Below the pieces are notes generated by a model. That model was not told the DNA's origin. It searched no databases and saw only the letters and a list, made by a program, of their open reading frames with translations. 56,145 bases of DNA, from the sequence record PZ386950.1. The stretch is one strand, 5' to 3'. Every line of letters starts with the position of its first letter. Position 1 is the stretch's first letter. Shown piece after piece: positions 1-8,761 of the stretch. The position numbers and the translations under genes were made by a program. Origin of the DNA: a phage.

Positions 1-1764
1 ATGAATAAGTTTACTGGAAATATTCATAATTACCCGCGCTGGCGTGATGCCTACGCAAATGACGAACGTATCTGGCGAAAAGGTCAGCCACGCCCGGATT
101 ACAAACAGTGTTACATTGACCGTATTAACCTGTTAAATCGTATGCGCACGGATCGGGCAATTGTCCCGGTACTGAAAAAGTATTACGAAACAAACCCGGT
201 AGCGTTCATTCTTGACTGGGCGTTTACTTATGACCCGCGTAACGTCGGTACTGAATACCCGCCAAATATGCCTTTCTGCCTGTTCGAACGTCAAATCGAC
301 ATGGTTCAGTTTGTTTACGAAGCGCTTGAAGACAAAGAAAAAGGGCTTTGGGAAAAATCGCGAGATTATGGTGCAACCTGGGTAGCTTGTGGTTTGTCCG
401 TGTGGGCGTGGCTGTATCGTCCTGGTTCTTCAGTTGGCTGGGGATCACGTAAAGAGCAGCTTGTCGATAAACTGGGTGACCCGGATAGTATTTTTGAAAA
501 GATTCGCCAGATTATCCGTGCATTACCACCGGAATTACGCCCTGTTGGTCTGCGTGAAAAAGACCATCTGGTTTACATGAAATGTATCAACCCTGAAAAC
601 GGTGCGACAATTACTGGTGAAGCTGGCGATAACATCGGTCGTGGTGGTCGTAAATCTGTCTATTTTTTGGATGAAGCGGCACACGTAGATCGTCCTGAAC
701 TGATTGAAGCGTCGTTGTCAGCTAACACCAACGTTCGTATCGACATCAGTTCAGTTAATGGCGTTGGTAATGTTTTTTATCGTAATCGTAAAGCTGGTCT
801 GGAATGGGAACCGGGCAAGAAATTACCCCGTGGTAAATTGCGTGTAATGGTTCTTGACTGGCGTGATCACCCGGCTAAAGACGATGAATGGTATAAGCGA
901 GAAAAACAATCGTTCGCTGAAAAAGGTTTACAGCATATTTTCGCACAGGAAGTTGACCGCGATTATGCCGCTGCTGTTCAGGGTGTACTGATTAAAGCTG
1001 AATGGGTTCGCGCTGCTTTTGACGCTTTCCGTGACACAGAATGGCGCAAAGCTAATGGACTACTTACACCAACAGGTCAACGTATCGCCGGACAGGATGC
1101 CGCAGACGGTGGTGAAGACGCAAGCGCACTGGTAATTGCTCACGGTGTATTCCTGACACATCTACAACTTGACCACAGAGGCGCTGAACTGGCTGCACCA
1201 GGGATGTTGACGATGGCTAATATGCTGGGTGTTGATGAATATTGGTACGAAGTTAACGGTGTTGGTACAGGCGTTAAAGTAGCGGCAAATGACCGGAAAG
1301 ATACTTTACGCTTCCGTGTGCGCCCGTGGTTACCGAATGGAAAAGTTGTGGATCCGGGTGGTGATATTATCGGTGGTACGAAACCTGGCGATAAAGACCG
1401 TAAATCAAACAAAGATTATTTCTCAAATTATAAAGCACAGGCATCGTGGGCGTTACGCCTGCGTTGTCAGCGAATTTATAAATGGTATGTGGAAGGTCAA
1501 CCACAGGATCCGGACGAAATCATTCTGATTGATCCATCACTGGAAAATGCACAACGGTTAGAAGCTGAGTTAAGTCAGCCAACGTATACCAGTAACGGTG
1601 CCGGGAAGATTGTGATCGACAAGAAACCAAACGGAAGTAAGTCGCCAAACTTTTTCGATGCTGCGGTTATTGCACTATCACCAAAACGCACTGAATTTGT
1701 CGAAGAACCATTTACTGGTGGTGTGAATCCTGTTGGTACGCCTGATTACGGTGACATTTTTTAA
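1..1764 (+). CDS. terL: terminase large subunit
   Basis: 587-aa ORF; Walker-A-like KSRDYGATWV near N-terminus and acidic nuclease-like C-terminal half typical of phage large terminases; followed by two hairpin terminators. Confidence 0.85.
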   Translation: MNKFTGNIHNYPRWRDAYANDERIWRKGQPRPDYKQCYIDRINLLNRMRTDRAIVPVLKKYYETNPVAFILDWAFTYDPRNVGTEYPPNMPFCLFERQIDMVQFVYEALEDKEKGLWEKSRDYGATWVACGLSVWAWLYRPGSSVGWGSRKEQLVDKLGDPDSIFEKIRQIIRALPPELRPVGLREKDHLVYMKCINPENGATITGEAGDNIGRGGRKSVYFLDEAAHVDRPELIEASLSANTNVRIDISSVNGVGNVFYRNRKAGLEWEPGKKLPRGKLRVMVLDWRDHPAKDDEWYKREKQSFAEKGLQHIFAQEVDRDYAAAVQGVLIKAEWVRAAFDAFRDTEWRKANGLLTPTGQRIAGQDAADGGEDASALVIAHGVFLTHLQLDHRGAELAAPGMLTMANMLGVDEYWYEVNGVGTGVKVAANDRKDTLRFRVRPWLPNGKVVDPGGDIIGGTKPGDKDRKSNKDYFSNYKAQASWALRLRCQRIYKWYVEGQPQDPDEIILIDPSLENAQRLEAELSQPTYTSNGAGKIVIDKKPNGSKSPNFFDAAVIALSPKRTEFVEEPFTGGVNPVGTPDYGDIF

Positions 1765-1771
1765 ACAGTGT

Positions 1772-1796
1772 GGCGGGATTATTCCCGCCCGTTTTC
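1772..1796 (+). terminator. rho-independent terminator after terL
   Basis: GC stem ggcggg-attatt-cccgcc followed by cgttttc. Confidence 0.55.
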
Positions 1797-1879
1797 AGAG
1801 GGTTTACCAGTCCGTTCATAGTACCGTTACAGTTTTCCGCGTTCACGTTTAGGCCTTTTGTATTTTACTGATCGACTTC

Positions 1880-1906
1880 GCCCCGGAAAGTTCCGGGGCT
1901 TTTTTC
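1880..1906 (+). terminator. rho-independent terminator
   Basis: stem gccccgg-aaagtt-ccggggc followed by tttttt; overlaps 3' end of convergent minus-strand gene. Confidence 0.7.
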
Positions 1907-2180
1907 AACGTCTGAAAGATGAAAGAACAGCGAGGCTAACAGAACCTAAACCGAATATGACGGCGTATGTTAGCTGATGTTGAAGTTTCACAAAACCGTA
2001 ATAATCGCTTTGTAATTCCACGATGTCAAAAGCAATTGAAAAACTGGTTGCCAACAACATGATTGAAAGAACACGAATCAGAGCAACCGCTAACCCTATA
2101 ACACCTTGTTCTTTTTTCTCAGTTGTAACAACGACAACAATCATTAACAGAAGTGAGAAAGCAATGTACATGTATTCCAT
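1905..2180 (-). CDS. small membrane protein (about 3 predicted TM helices)
   Basis: 91-aa ORF with hydrophobic stretches LLLMIVVVV, IGLAVALIRVLSIMLLA, AVIFGLGSVSLAVL. Confidence 0.5.
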   Translation of the reverse strand: MEYMYIAFSLLLMIVVVVTTEKKEQGVIGLAVALIRVLSIMLLATSFSIAFDIVELQSDYYGFVKLQHQLTYAVIFGLGSVSLAVLSSFRR

Positions 2181-2340
2181 AATTATTAGTCCCGATAAAC
2201 TTCAGCACACCCATAAATTTTACCAGGGTTGTAAGCCTGTTCAGCTTGTAACGCACCCTGACACTGTTCGAACGTCATGATACGTTCTGTCACAGGTTCA
2301 ATAGCCACACCATGAAGAACGAGCACCAGTACGTAACCAA

Positions 2341-2688
2341 TTAACATTTTCTTAGAGTCTCCCGCCAGTTCAGCCCGTGTAGGTTTACAAAGCCGATACT
2401 TAGAACATTAAGTGAATCGCTAATCCAGTAACGGTTGTTACGTTGTGGTTCTTCATCAAAACAAAAAACTTCACCGTCACGATCTGTTGATATGTATTTT
2501 GCAAATAAAGGAACTTGTAATTCAAGTCCAAAATAATTAACTGTCTTATAACAACTTTCAATCAGTGTCATTTTACAATCTGGCGCTTCTTCGTGGATAT
2601 CCCACGATTTACCACAGTGTGAACACTGATATTCATCGTTACAGCGAATAGCGTTTACATGATTCATGATTATTCTCCTGTTATTCAA
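2341..2688 (-). CDS. hypothetical Cys-containing protein
   Basis: 115-aa ORF with CxxC (CSHCGKSW) and further Cys; tightly packed with neighbours in same orientation. Confidence 0.5.
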   Translation of the reverse strand: MNNRRIIMNHVNAIRCNDEYQCSHCGKSWDIHEEAPDCKMTLIESCYKTVNYFGLELQVPLFAKYISTDRDGEVFCFDEEPQRNNRYWISDSLNVLSIGFVNLHGLNWRETLRKC

Positions 2689-2885
2689 TTGACTAAGTAA
2701 TAAATGTTATCACGGGCCAATTCATCAGCGTCTTCCTGACATTCGATTAAGGTGTTATCGTCATGCCATTCTTTAGCACATTCACGCGCTTGCTTACGAC
2801 GTTTTTTCTTACTGTTACGAAGGTCTAAAAATATTTTTAATTCTTTATCATAAGCTCTTACCATACGTTTCATTGTACTTTTCAT
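2685..2885 (-). CDS. hypothetical basic small protein
   Basis: 66-aa ORF, 4-nt overlap with downstream gene, K/R-rich. Confidence 0.45.
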   Translation of the reverse strand: MKSTMKRMVRAYDKELKIFLDLRNSKKKRRKQARECAKEWHDDNTLIECQEDADELARDNIYYLVN

Positions 2886-2887
2886 GA

Positions 2888-3154
2888 TTATTCTCCTATT
2901 GCTTTAGCAACAATAGCTTTCATTTTCATATAAAGTTCATATTCAGAATTACGTTTTGCGATAGCTAATTGTAAAACTTTTAACAGTTCCGGCGCTGCAG
3001 CGATTAATCGTGCGTTTGCTAATTGTTCTGTTTTGTCACCGTTATAAGTTGGTGTATATGCAATCTCAACACCTGAGTCTGAAACAATATCGGGAGTATT
3101 ATCATCATTGATAATAACTTTCCACGAACCTTTTGTACCTTTAAACTGGTTCAT
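2888..3154 (-). CDS. hypothetical protein
   Basis: track ORF 2888..3187 trimmed to internal ATG at 3154 (MNQFKG...) so it no longer overlaps the upstream gene. Confidence 0.45.
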   Translation of the reverse strand: MNQFKGTKGSWKVIINDDNTPDIVSDSGVEIAYTPTYNGDKTEQLANARLIAAAPELLKVLQLAIAKRNSEYELYMKMKAIVAKAIGE

Positions 3155-3159
3155 AATTA

Positions 3160-3582
3160 TTACCCTGCGTCCTGAATATCTTCCCATTTTTCATCGGATA
3201 CATTTTGCCCATAAACACCGCCGTAAAAATAATTTTCACCGGGCCAAACGATACTACCACCATAATAACCGTTCGAACTATTACGATAGTCAATAACCAA
3301 ATCGCCTTTATCAGTGGTTATTTTTGCACCGTAGAACTGAAGACATTCATATTCTTCATTTTCTAGCGGTTCTTTGTTCATATCTAAATCGTCGCAAGCA
3401 ATGACGGTAAACGGAAAACCCAATGCAGGAAGTTCTACTGATTCAATCCATGTATACGAACAGCAATCAGCATCAACGCGAACGATCAGTTGCTGACCAT
3501 CATCAGTGACAAAAAGAAGTGCTTCTTTATCCGAAGCGATTTGCATTTTAACGATTTTCTTATTCAATAATAAGTTATTCAT
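3160..3582 (-). CDS. hypothetical protein
   Basis: 140-aa ORF, ATG preceded by aagg; same orientation as block. Confidence 0.5.
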   Translation of the reverse strand: MNNLLLNKKIVKMQIASDKEALLFVTDDGQQLIVRVDADCCSYTWIESVELPALGFPFTVIACDDLDMNKEPLENEEYECLQFYGAKITTDKGDLVIDYRNSSNGYYGGSIVWPGENYFYGGVYGQNVSDEKWEDIQDAG

Positions 3583-3585
3583 AAT

Positions 3586-3732
3586 TCAAAACCCCTTACT
3601 TTTAGCAATTTGTTGTGCACGTTTTTTAGTGTGACCAGTGACAATCAAGCGTTTAATTTCGGCTTTACGACGTTCAAAGTGATCGGCGCGTGAATTTTCA
3701 ACCAGTGACCGGCTAATATTTCTCGGATTCAT
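3586..3732 (-). CDS. small basic protein (about 48 aa), first gene after promoter
   Basis: ATG at 3732 about 30 nt downstream of predicted -10 at 3764-3769; not in ORF track (below 60 aa); translation MNPRNISRSLVENSRADHFERRKAEIKRLIV... Confidence 0.3.
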   Translation of the reverse strand: MNPRNISRSLVENSRADHFERRKAEIKRLIVTGHTKKRAQQIAKSKGF

Positions 3733-3763
3733 AGTCTCGTACCCCTGTTCATTTGATGACTAA

Positions 3764-3803
3764 AGCATAATCGCACGTTTGCAATCCGTCAAGAATTATT
3801 TTA
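3764..3803 (-). promoter_or_regulatory. sigma70-type promoter with UP element (conserved family, copy 1)
   Basis: minus-strand AAAATAATTCTTGACGGATTGCA, 17-bp spacer, TATGCT; identical core recurs 11 times in window. Confidence 0.6.
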
Positions 3804-3874
3804 ACACCGTGCAAAAAAACCATCACTGATATAACATACGTTAAGAACCGTAAACCGTATGGAGCCTGTAGAAC

Positions 3875-5230
3875 ATGGCTGATCAACAATTCGAACAACT
3901 AGCCGTTGCCGGGTACAGTCGAACAGGCAACCAGGTAAACGACGATTTCCTTCCTAAGCTGAACGGTAAACAAGGCCGTCGTATTCTTCGTCAGATGGCT
4001 GAGAACGACGAAACGATCGGTGGTGTACTGTTTGCCATGAGCAGTGTTTATCGTTCTGTACAGTGGATTTTTGACCCGTCTGACAAAGATGATCCAGAAG
4101 CTATCCGTTATTCAGAATGGTTACAGGACGCTATTGAAAATAAAATGGGTGATCCGCGTGGTGCACTCCCGGATGATACCTGGTCCGCGTTCGTTCAGAC
4201 ATGGACAGACGTTGATGTATTCGGCTGGGGTTGGTATGACATTTGGGTGAAAGACCTTGATGATGGCACGGTGGGTATTGCCCGTCTGGTTCCTGTAGCA
4301 CCTGAAACGCTTGCTGGATGGGATATTGAAGAACCGACAGGTTATGTTCGTGGTATTTATCAACGTTCACCTAACCAGGGTACAACGACGTTAATCACGC
4401 GTGACCGTTCGCTTCATTTGATTTCAAGTCCGAATAAAGGTAACCCGGAAGGTTTATCACTGCTGCGCACAGCTTATCGCCCGTGGTACTACAAAAAAGT
4501 GAATATGGAAATCGAATCCATACTTGCCGAACGTGGTACAGGGTTCCCGGTAATTACTGTTAACGCAGATATTAAAAAAGCGGCTAATGATCCTAATGTT
4601 CCTGAACAACAGCGTCAGGCAGCACAGGCGATGATTGATAACTATGAAAACATCGTCGCTAATATCAAACGCAATGAACAATCAGGACTGGTGATTTATT
4701 CTAAACCGTATATCACGGGTTATGATAACGAAACAGGTGTTACCACGTATGGTGGTGAACAACAGGTGAAACTGGAATTCGTTACACCTAACCAGACCAG
4801 TTCTGTGGATATTGACCGGACGATTAAACGTCTGGATACCAGTATTGCCCGTGCGTTACTGGCAGACTTTTTATTTTTTGGCAGTTCGGGTAATACAAGT
4901 AATGGTGCTAACCTGGGTAATCGTACTGAACTGTGGATCCGCGCAATGCAATCACGTATTGATAGTATTGTAGAATGTGTTAATCGTCAGTTGATACCGC
5001 AGTTATGGTCGTTAAACGCATTTCCTGATGAATACCGCCCGTCGATTCGCGCCGGGTCAATCAGTAAAGACAGTATCGAAACGTTGACTACGGCACTTGC
5101 TCGTTTAGCACAAGCTGGTGCGCCTGTATTCCCGGATCCAGACCTTCAGGAATACGTATATAAAGAGGCGGGTCTACCTATTACGGGGATTGATAAAGCC
5201 GGAGACGGATTACCGTCTATTGACGACTGA
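3875..5230 (+). CDS. portal protein
   Basis: 451-aa ORF directly downstream of terminase region; size, acidic C-terminus and position typical of portal proteins. Confidence 0.8.
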   Translation: MADQQFEQLAVAGYSRTGNQVNDDFLPKLNGKQGRRILRQMAENDETIGGVLFAMSSVYRSVQWIFDPSDKDDPEAIRYSEWLQDAIENKMGDPRGALPDDTWSAFVQTWTDVDVFGWGWYDIWVKDLDDGTVGIARLVPVAPETLAGWDIEEPTGYVRGIYQRSPNQGTTTLITRDRSLHLISSPNKGNPEGLSLLRTAYRPWYYKKVNMEIESILAERGTGFPVITVNADIKKAANDPNVPEQQRQAAQAMIDNYENIVANIKRNEQSGLVIYSKPYITGYDNETGVTTYGGEQQVKLEFVTPNQTSSVDIDRTIKRLDTSIARALLADFLFFGSSGNTSNGANLGNRTELWIRAMQSRIDSIVECVNRQLIPQLWSLNAFPDEYRPSIRAGSISKDSIETLTTALARLAQAGAPVFPDPDLQEYVYKEAGLPITGIDKAGDGLPSIDD

Positions 5231-5233
5231 ATG

Positions 5234-5266
5234 AAAAAGGGACCGTTTCTGGTCCCTTAATTTTTA
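5234..5266. terminator. bidirectional rho-independent terminator
   Basis: stem agggacc-gtttct-ggtccct flanked by aaaaa upstream and taattttt downstream, between convergent genes. Confidence 0.7.
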
Positions 5267-5596
5267 CTTAGTTTCAGGCTGCACGATTGACAGTAATTTA
5301 CTCGCTTCATCAACCGCAGTCTGAATACGAGTCTGTAACGGATAACTGTTGTTGATCGCACGTTCCAGCGTTTTATCAAGCAATTGCAGTTTGACTTCAT
5401 CATCGCCAGTGAACGCGTACATATCAGCAACGACTTCTTTAAACTGTGATGCTTGCTCAACAATAGTCGTGGTTACAATGTATTTCCAGACTTTGTTTAG
5501 CAGTTTAAATTTCACTTCGTTATCAGCAACTGCATCAACCAGAATTTCAGCAGCAGTCTTGTCATATTTAACAAGTTCAAGAATTTCAAAACGCAT
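5264..5596 (-). CDS. hypothetical protein
   Basis: 110-aa ORF in minus-strand block. Confidence 0.5.
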   Translation of the reverse strand: MRFEILELVKYDKTAAEILVDAVADNEVKFKLLNKVWKYIVTTTIVEQASQFKEVVADMYAFTGDDEVKLQLLDKTLERAINNSYPLQTRIQTAVDEASKLLSIVQPETK

Positions 5597-5611
5597 TTAA
5601 GTCTTCTCCTG

Positions 5612-5956
5612 TCAGTTAACATACTTCGCGATTAGTTTATCACAGTCCTCGCGACAGGTAGCATACTTAAACAGGTCACTGGCTGCTTCTGCCCGGTAGT
5701 CAGTATCAATGGTGTAATGTTCATTGACATAGTTATAGGCTGCAAGGTAATTGCTGAACATCCCCGTGGTTACCACTTTCGGTAGTTCCCTTACGACCTT
5801 ACCGTTAAACAGATATGCGATTACCAGAATCAGACCACCGATCACAGGACTTGTGAGAAATGCGATAAAGAACCATGCACCAGGATTACGACCCGTTTGT
5901 TTGGCAACACCCGCGACAACCAGACAGAAAAGAATCCATAAAATAGTGAATAACAT
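5612..5956 (-). CDS. membrane protein
   Basis: 114-aa ORF; strong RBS AAGGAGG 7 nt upstream of ATG; two hydrophobic helices in N-terminal half. Confidence 0.6.
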   Translation of the reverse strand: MLFTILWILFCLVVAGVAKQTGRNPGAWFFIAFLTSPVIGGLILVIAYLFNGKVVRELPKVVTTGMFSNYLAAYNYVNEHYTIDTDYRAEAASDLFKYATCREDCDKLIAKYVN

Positions 5957-5986
5957 GATTGTGTCCTCCTTTGTTTTGATGTTTGT

Positions 5987-6027
5987 AGGTTACACGTCCT
6001 TGTGTAATCCGTCAAGAATTATTTTAA
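5987..6027 (-). promoter_or_regulatory. sigma70-type promoter with UP element (copy 2)
   Basis: minus-strand AAAATAATTCTTGACGGATTACA plus 17-bp spacer and TAACCT. Confidence 0.55.
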
Positions 6028-6267
6028 ATTATCGTATACAGGCGGTAAACCCATTGCTGCCTGAACAGACCGTTTTTCGTATTCCTCCCGAAGTTTCTGA
6101 AGCCGTTCAATACCGATGTCACAACCACGCATAATATCAGCGCACAGATCGTTGTAGGTCGCTTCAGATTGCTTGCTGTGTGGGTAATCAACACAGGATG
6201 GATCTGCCATAATGACTTTCGGCAGATACGCGACAGTATCGCCCATTGCGTTTTTAAATATCGTCAT
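6019..6267 (-). CDS. hypothetical protein
   Basis: 82-aa ORF; 3' end overlaps promoter copy 2. Confidence 0.4.
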   Translation of the reverse strand: MTIFKNAMGDTVAYLPKVIMADPSCVDYPHSKQSEATYNDLCADIMRGCDIGIERLQKLREEYEKRSVQAAMGLPPVYDNLK

Positions 6268-6593
6268 AAATACGACCCCACAATTGCTGCACAGTTGACG
6301 ATCGCTAAACGCGTTGCTTTTTCACGGTCTTCTCCGTGGCTAACTGGTTGCTTATAACTAACGCCAGTGTCAGGGTTATTAACCGTCACTTCGTTGTCAC
6401 GAATATCCAGATCCATGTACATGTTAACCATCAGACTGAAAGCATCCTCATTACGTGTAAGAGGGTTCCACAGGCGACCGTTGCCTATATCAATACCTTC
6501 GTTTATGTAACGTTCGTCGTACGCGACGTAATATTTACCATGGATTTCAGCAGCCCGTGCTGCGTTGACTAATAAATCACGATTGTTCATCAT
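6264..6593 (-). CDS. hypothetical protein
   Basis: 109-aa ORF, 4-nt overlaps with both neighbours. Confidence 0.5.
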   Translation of the reverse strand: MMNNRDLLVNAARAAEIHGKYYVAYDERYINEGIDIGNGRLWNPLTRNEDAFSLMVNMYMDLDIRDNEVTVNNPDTGVSYKQPVSHGEDREKATRLAIVNCAAIVGSYL

Positions 6594-6949
6594 ACCCGTC
6601 CTGTTGTACGTTTATATTCTTGAACACAGTAATCAAAGTATTCACCATATGTTTTAACATAATTAATTAGTTCAATTATTACGTCACCGTGGCATGGTTT
6701 AGGGGAACAGAAACAAACTAAATCTTTACCATCTAATGATAAAATATCAGATTTAGTTATGTTTCCTTTCAAACATTCATTCCATAACCATGTTTTATAA
6801 CGAAATAATGTCGCACCTCGTTCTTCATTTTCCGAAAGTTTAAAAGGGTTTGCGAATTTACTTTGTGTTAACCCTTTACCACCGCGACCGATATAAACAG
6901 CACCTTCTGGGATTTGTTTACCAATACGATAGAAGTTTAACACTCTCAT
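6590..6949 (-). CDS. DUF4326-like protein
   Basis: track ORF trimmed to ATG at 6949 (MRVLNFY...); motifs FANPF and CFCSPKPCHGD recalled as DUF4326 hallmarks. Confidence 0.45.
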   Translation of the reverse strand: MRVLNFYRIGKQIPEGAVYIGRGGKGLTQSKFANPFKLSENEERGATLFRYKTWLWNECLKGNITKSDILSLDGKDLVCFCSPKPCHGDVIIELINYVKTYGEYFDYCVQEYKRTTGRV

Positions 6950-6950
6950 G

Positions 6951-7455
6951 TTACATGTTCCCCGTTGATCCAAACCCGCCATTACGCTGACTATCAACAT
7001 CTGGTAATTCTTCCACTTCAACCAGGTTAACAGGTTCGACACGTTCAACCATGAGCTGACAAACACGTTCACCGTCTGCGATAGTCTGTAATTTCTGCCC
7101 GTGGTTAGTCAGCGTAACGTAGTATTCTTCTTTGTAATCACGATCACCGATACCCACACAGTTGATTAGTGACAAACCGTGTTTAAGACTCATGCCGGAA
7201 CGTGGATAGAATTTAATGCAATATCCGCTATCAACTGACATTTTCAGACCAGTGGGGATCATAGCGCGGTCGCCGGGCCATAATGCGATTGTTCCTGCAA
7301 CAACCGGACGTTCCACTTTAGCGCCTGATTCTGTGAATATAGTTACCGATTCTTCCCACAGACAAGCACGAACGTCTAACCCTGCGCTGTCTGGTGTTGC
7401 CCGTGTCGGAAGTTCAGCGTGGGGTGTTAGTTTTTTTGATATACAGGTTAGTCAT
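6951..7455 (-). pseudogene. dut: dUTP diphosphatase interrupted by frameshift in A7 run
   Basis: all five dUTPase motifs present (AGLDVRA, PRSG, GIGDRDY, RVCQLMV, GGFGSTG); motif 1 lies upstream of the track ORF in a frame with no start codon; ATG at 7455 with RBS GAGGAA is in the +1 frame and joins after the A7 run at 7431-7437. Confidence 0.75.
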
Positions 7456-7489
7456 TGTTTGATTCCTCAGTGTGTTTCGTTCGTGACAA

Positions 7490-7531
7490 ATGTTAGTGTT
7501 ACTGCTTGCAATGTGTCAAGAATTATTTTAA
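7490..7531 (-). promoter_or_regulatory. sigma70-type promoter with UP element (copy 3)
   Basis: minus-strand TAAAATAATTCTTGACACATTGCA then about 17-18 bp and TAACAT-like -10. Confidence 0.55.
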
Positions 7532-7562
7532 ACTTCTGTCAACGTTAACCAATGAGGAACGA

Positions 7563-8222
7563 ATGATGTTTGAACATCCGTGGAACATACCTGCATATGA
7601 TGCTGAAAGTGAAAAACAATCACTTGACTATCGAATGTACGCACCAATTTTAAGAAATCCGTCACAAATTATGGAGAATGCTGATGACTTTGAAATCTTT
7701 GAAAAACGCCCTTGTGGTCCAGCAACACCTGTCAAAACAAAACTGTTAATGACACCGAAAGCCCGTGGTAATACTTACGAAGAATTCATTGCGACCGGGT
7801 GGAATGACGACCAGTTAGTCGAACATGGTTATGCTGTTCGTACTACAGACAAACGTTCCTGGTCACCAATGACCGTCGGAACTGAAACAATTACACCACC
7901 TTCAAACTGTCGGTGCACATTCACCCCTGTTCAACAACCATCAACAGCGTCTGACTTGCTGAAACAGGCTGAACAGCTACTGACAGAACGTGGTAAGCAG
8001 TATGACACGTCTGGTCAGGAACGTTCGTCAGCTAAAATCGTTGCTGCGTTTAACACAATTACCGGGCGCGACTTAACACCGGGTGAAGGGTGGTTGTTCC
8101 TGATGTTGTTAAAAGCGGTTCGTTTCTATTCCAACACTGAAACACCACATCGTGACAGTCTGGAAGACCTGATCAGCTATGCTGCATTACACGCAGAGGA
8201 ATATCTTAACGATGAACGGTGA
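7563..8222 (+). CDS. hypothetical protein with conserved 35-aa module and all-alpha C-terminal domain
   Basis: track ORF trimmed to ATG 7563 (RBS tgaggaa); contains TYEEFIATGWNDDQLVEHGYAV module shared with the SSB-like protein. Confidence 0.5.
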   Translation: MMFEHPWNIPAYDAESEKQSLDYRMYAPILRNPSQIMENADDFEIFEKRPCGPATPVKTKLLMTPKARGNTYEEFIATGWNDDQLVEHGYAVRTTDKRSWSPMTVGTETITPPSNCRCTFTPVQQPSTASDLLKQAEQLLTERGKQYDTSGQERSSAKIVAAFNTITGRDLTPGEGWLFLMLLKAVRFYSNTETPHRDSLEDLISYAALHAEEYLNDER

Positions 8223-8394
8223 ACAAGCATTCGACCTTCTGGTTAAATACGACATTATTGTTATTCACTGTGACCGTGAACAAATCGTTTTCACAGACGA
8301 TCTTCGTTATGAAGAACCTTATGACGGTGATAAACGGTCAGCCACGATTCGGTTAATCGAACGTGTGGCACGTGACAGAGGGGAACTATTATAA
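8212..8394 (+). CDS. hypothetical small protein
   Basis: internal ATG at 8212 overlapping upstream stop. Confidence 0.4.
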   Translation: MNGEQAFDLLVKYDIIVIHCDREQIVFTDDLRYEEPYDGDKRSATIRLIERVARDRGELL

Positions 8395-8588
8395 TGGTTC
8401 AAACTATTTCTGAATTACTACCCACCGTTTATGGCAACGTGACAGAACTTGCCAGGCGGATTGGGTGTAACAAAGCGACAGTTTATAAATACATGGATGA
8501 CACCAACGGTGAATTTCACGCAGTGGTGAATGGTAAGTTGATGGTCAGACCCGGTTTTAAAGGACGTTATACTCGTGACAAAAGATGA
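8394..8588 (+). CDS. small putative DNA-binding protein
   Basis: 64-aa ORF; ELARRIGCNKATVYKYM resembles helix-turn-helix. Confidence 0.45.
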   Translation: MVQTISELLPTVYGNVTELARRIGCNKATVYKYMDDTNGEFHAVVNGKLMVRPGFKGRYTRDKR

Positions 8589-8732
8589 AAAATTATTACG
8601 TGAACTTGAAATAGACTACGAACGAGCGCAAAAAGCGTTACAGTTTCTGGAAGAACAGATCCGCGAAGTTAAGAACCGCATTCAGGGAACTGAAAAACGT
8701 AATCTTCCACGCCCGTAACACGTGATATAATC

Positions 8733-8761
8733 AGCCTCAGTGTGTTAACTGAGGCTTTTTT
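8733..8761 (+). terminator. rho-independent terminator
   Basis: stem agcctcag-tgtgttaa-ctgaggct followed by ttttt immediately before ATG of next gene. Confidence 0.65.

Noticed and set aside
224-1528. ORFs 224..448, 389..580, 1140..1412 and 1289..1528 inside or antisense to the terminase gene
   Set aside because: They are fully embedded in a long, well-supported coding frame and are typical shadow ORFs; the same applies to most other short track ORFs nested in the portal, capsid, tape measure, tail fiber, polymerase and primase genes.
2187-2347. Possible small minus-strand ORF between 2180 and 2341
   Set aside because: My manual reverse translation did not give a length divisible by three, so I could not confirm an intact frame.
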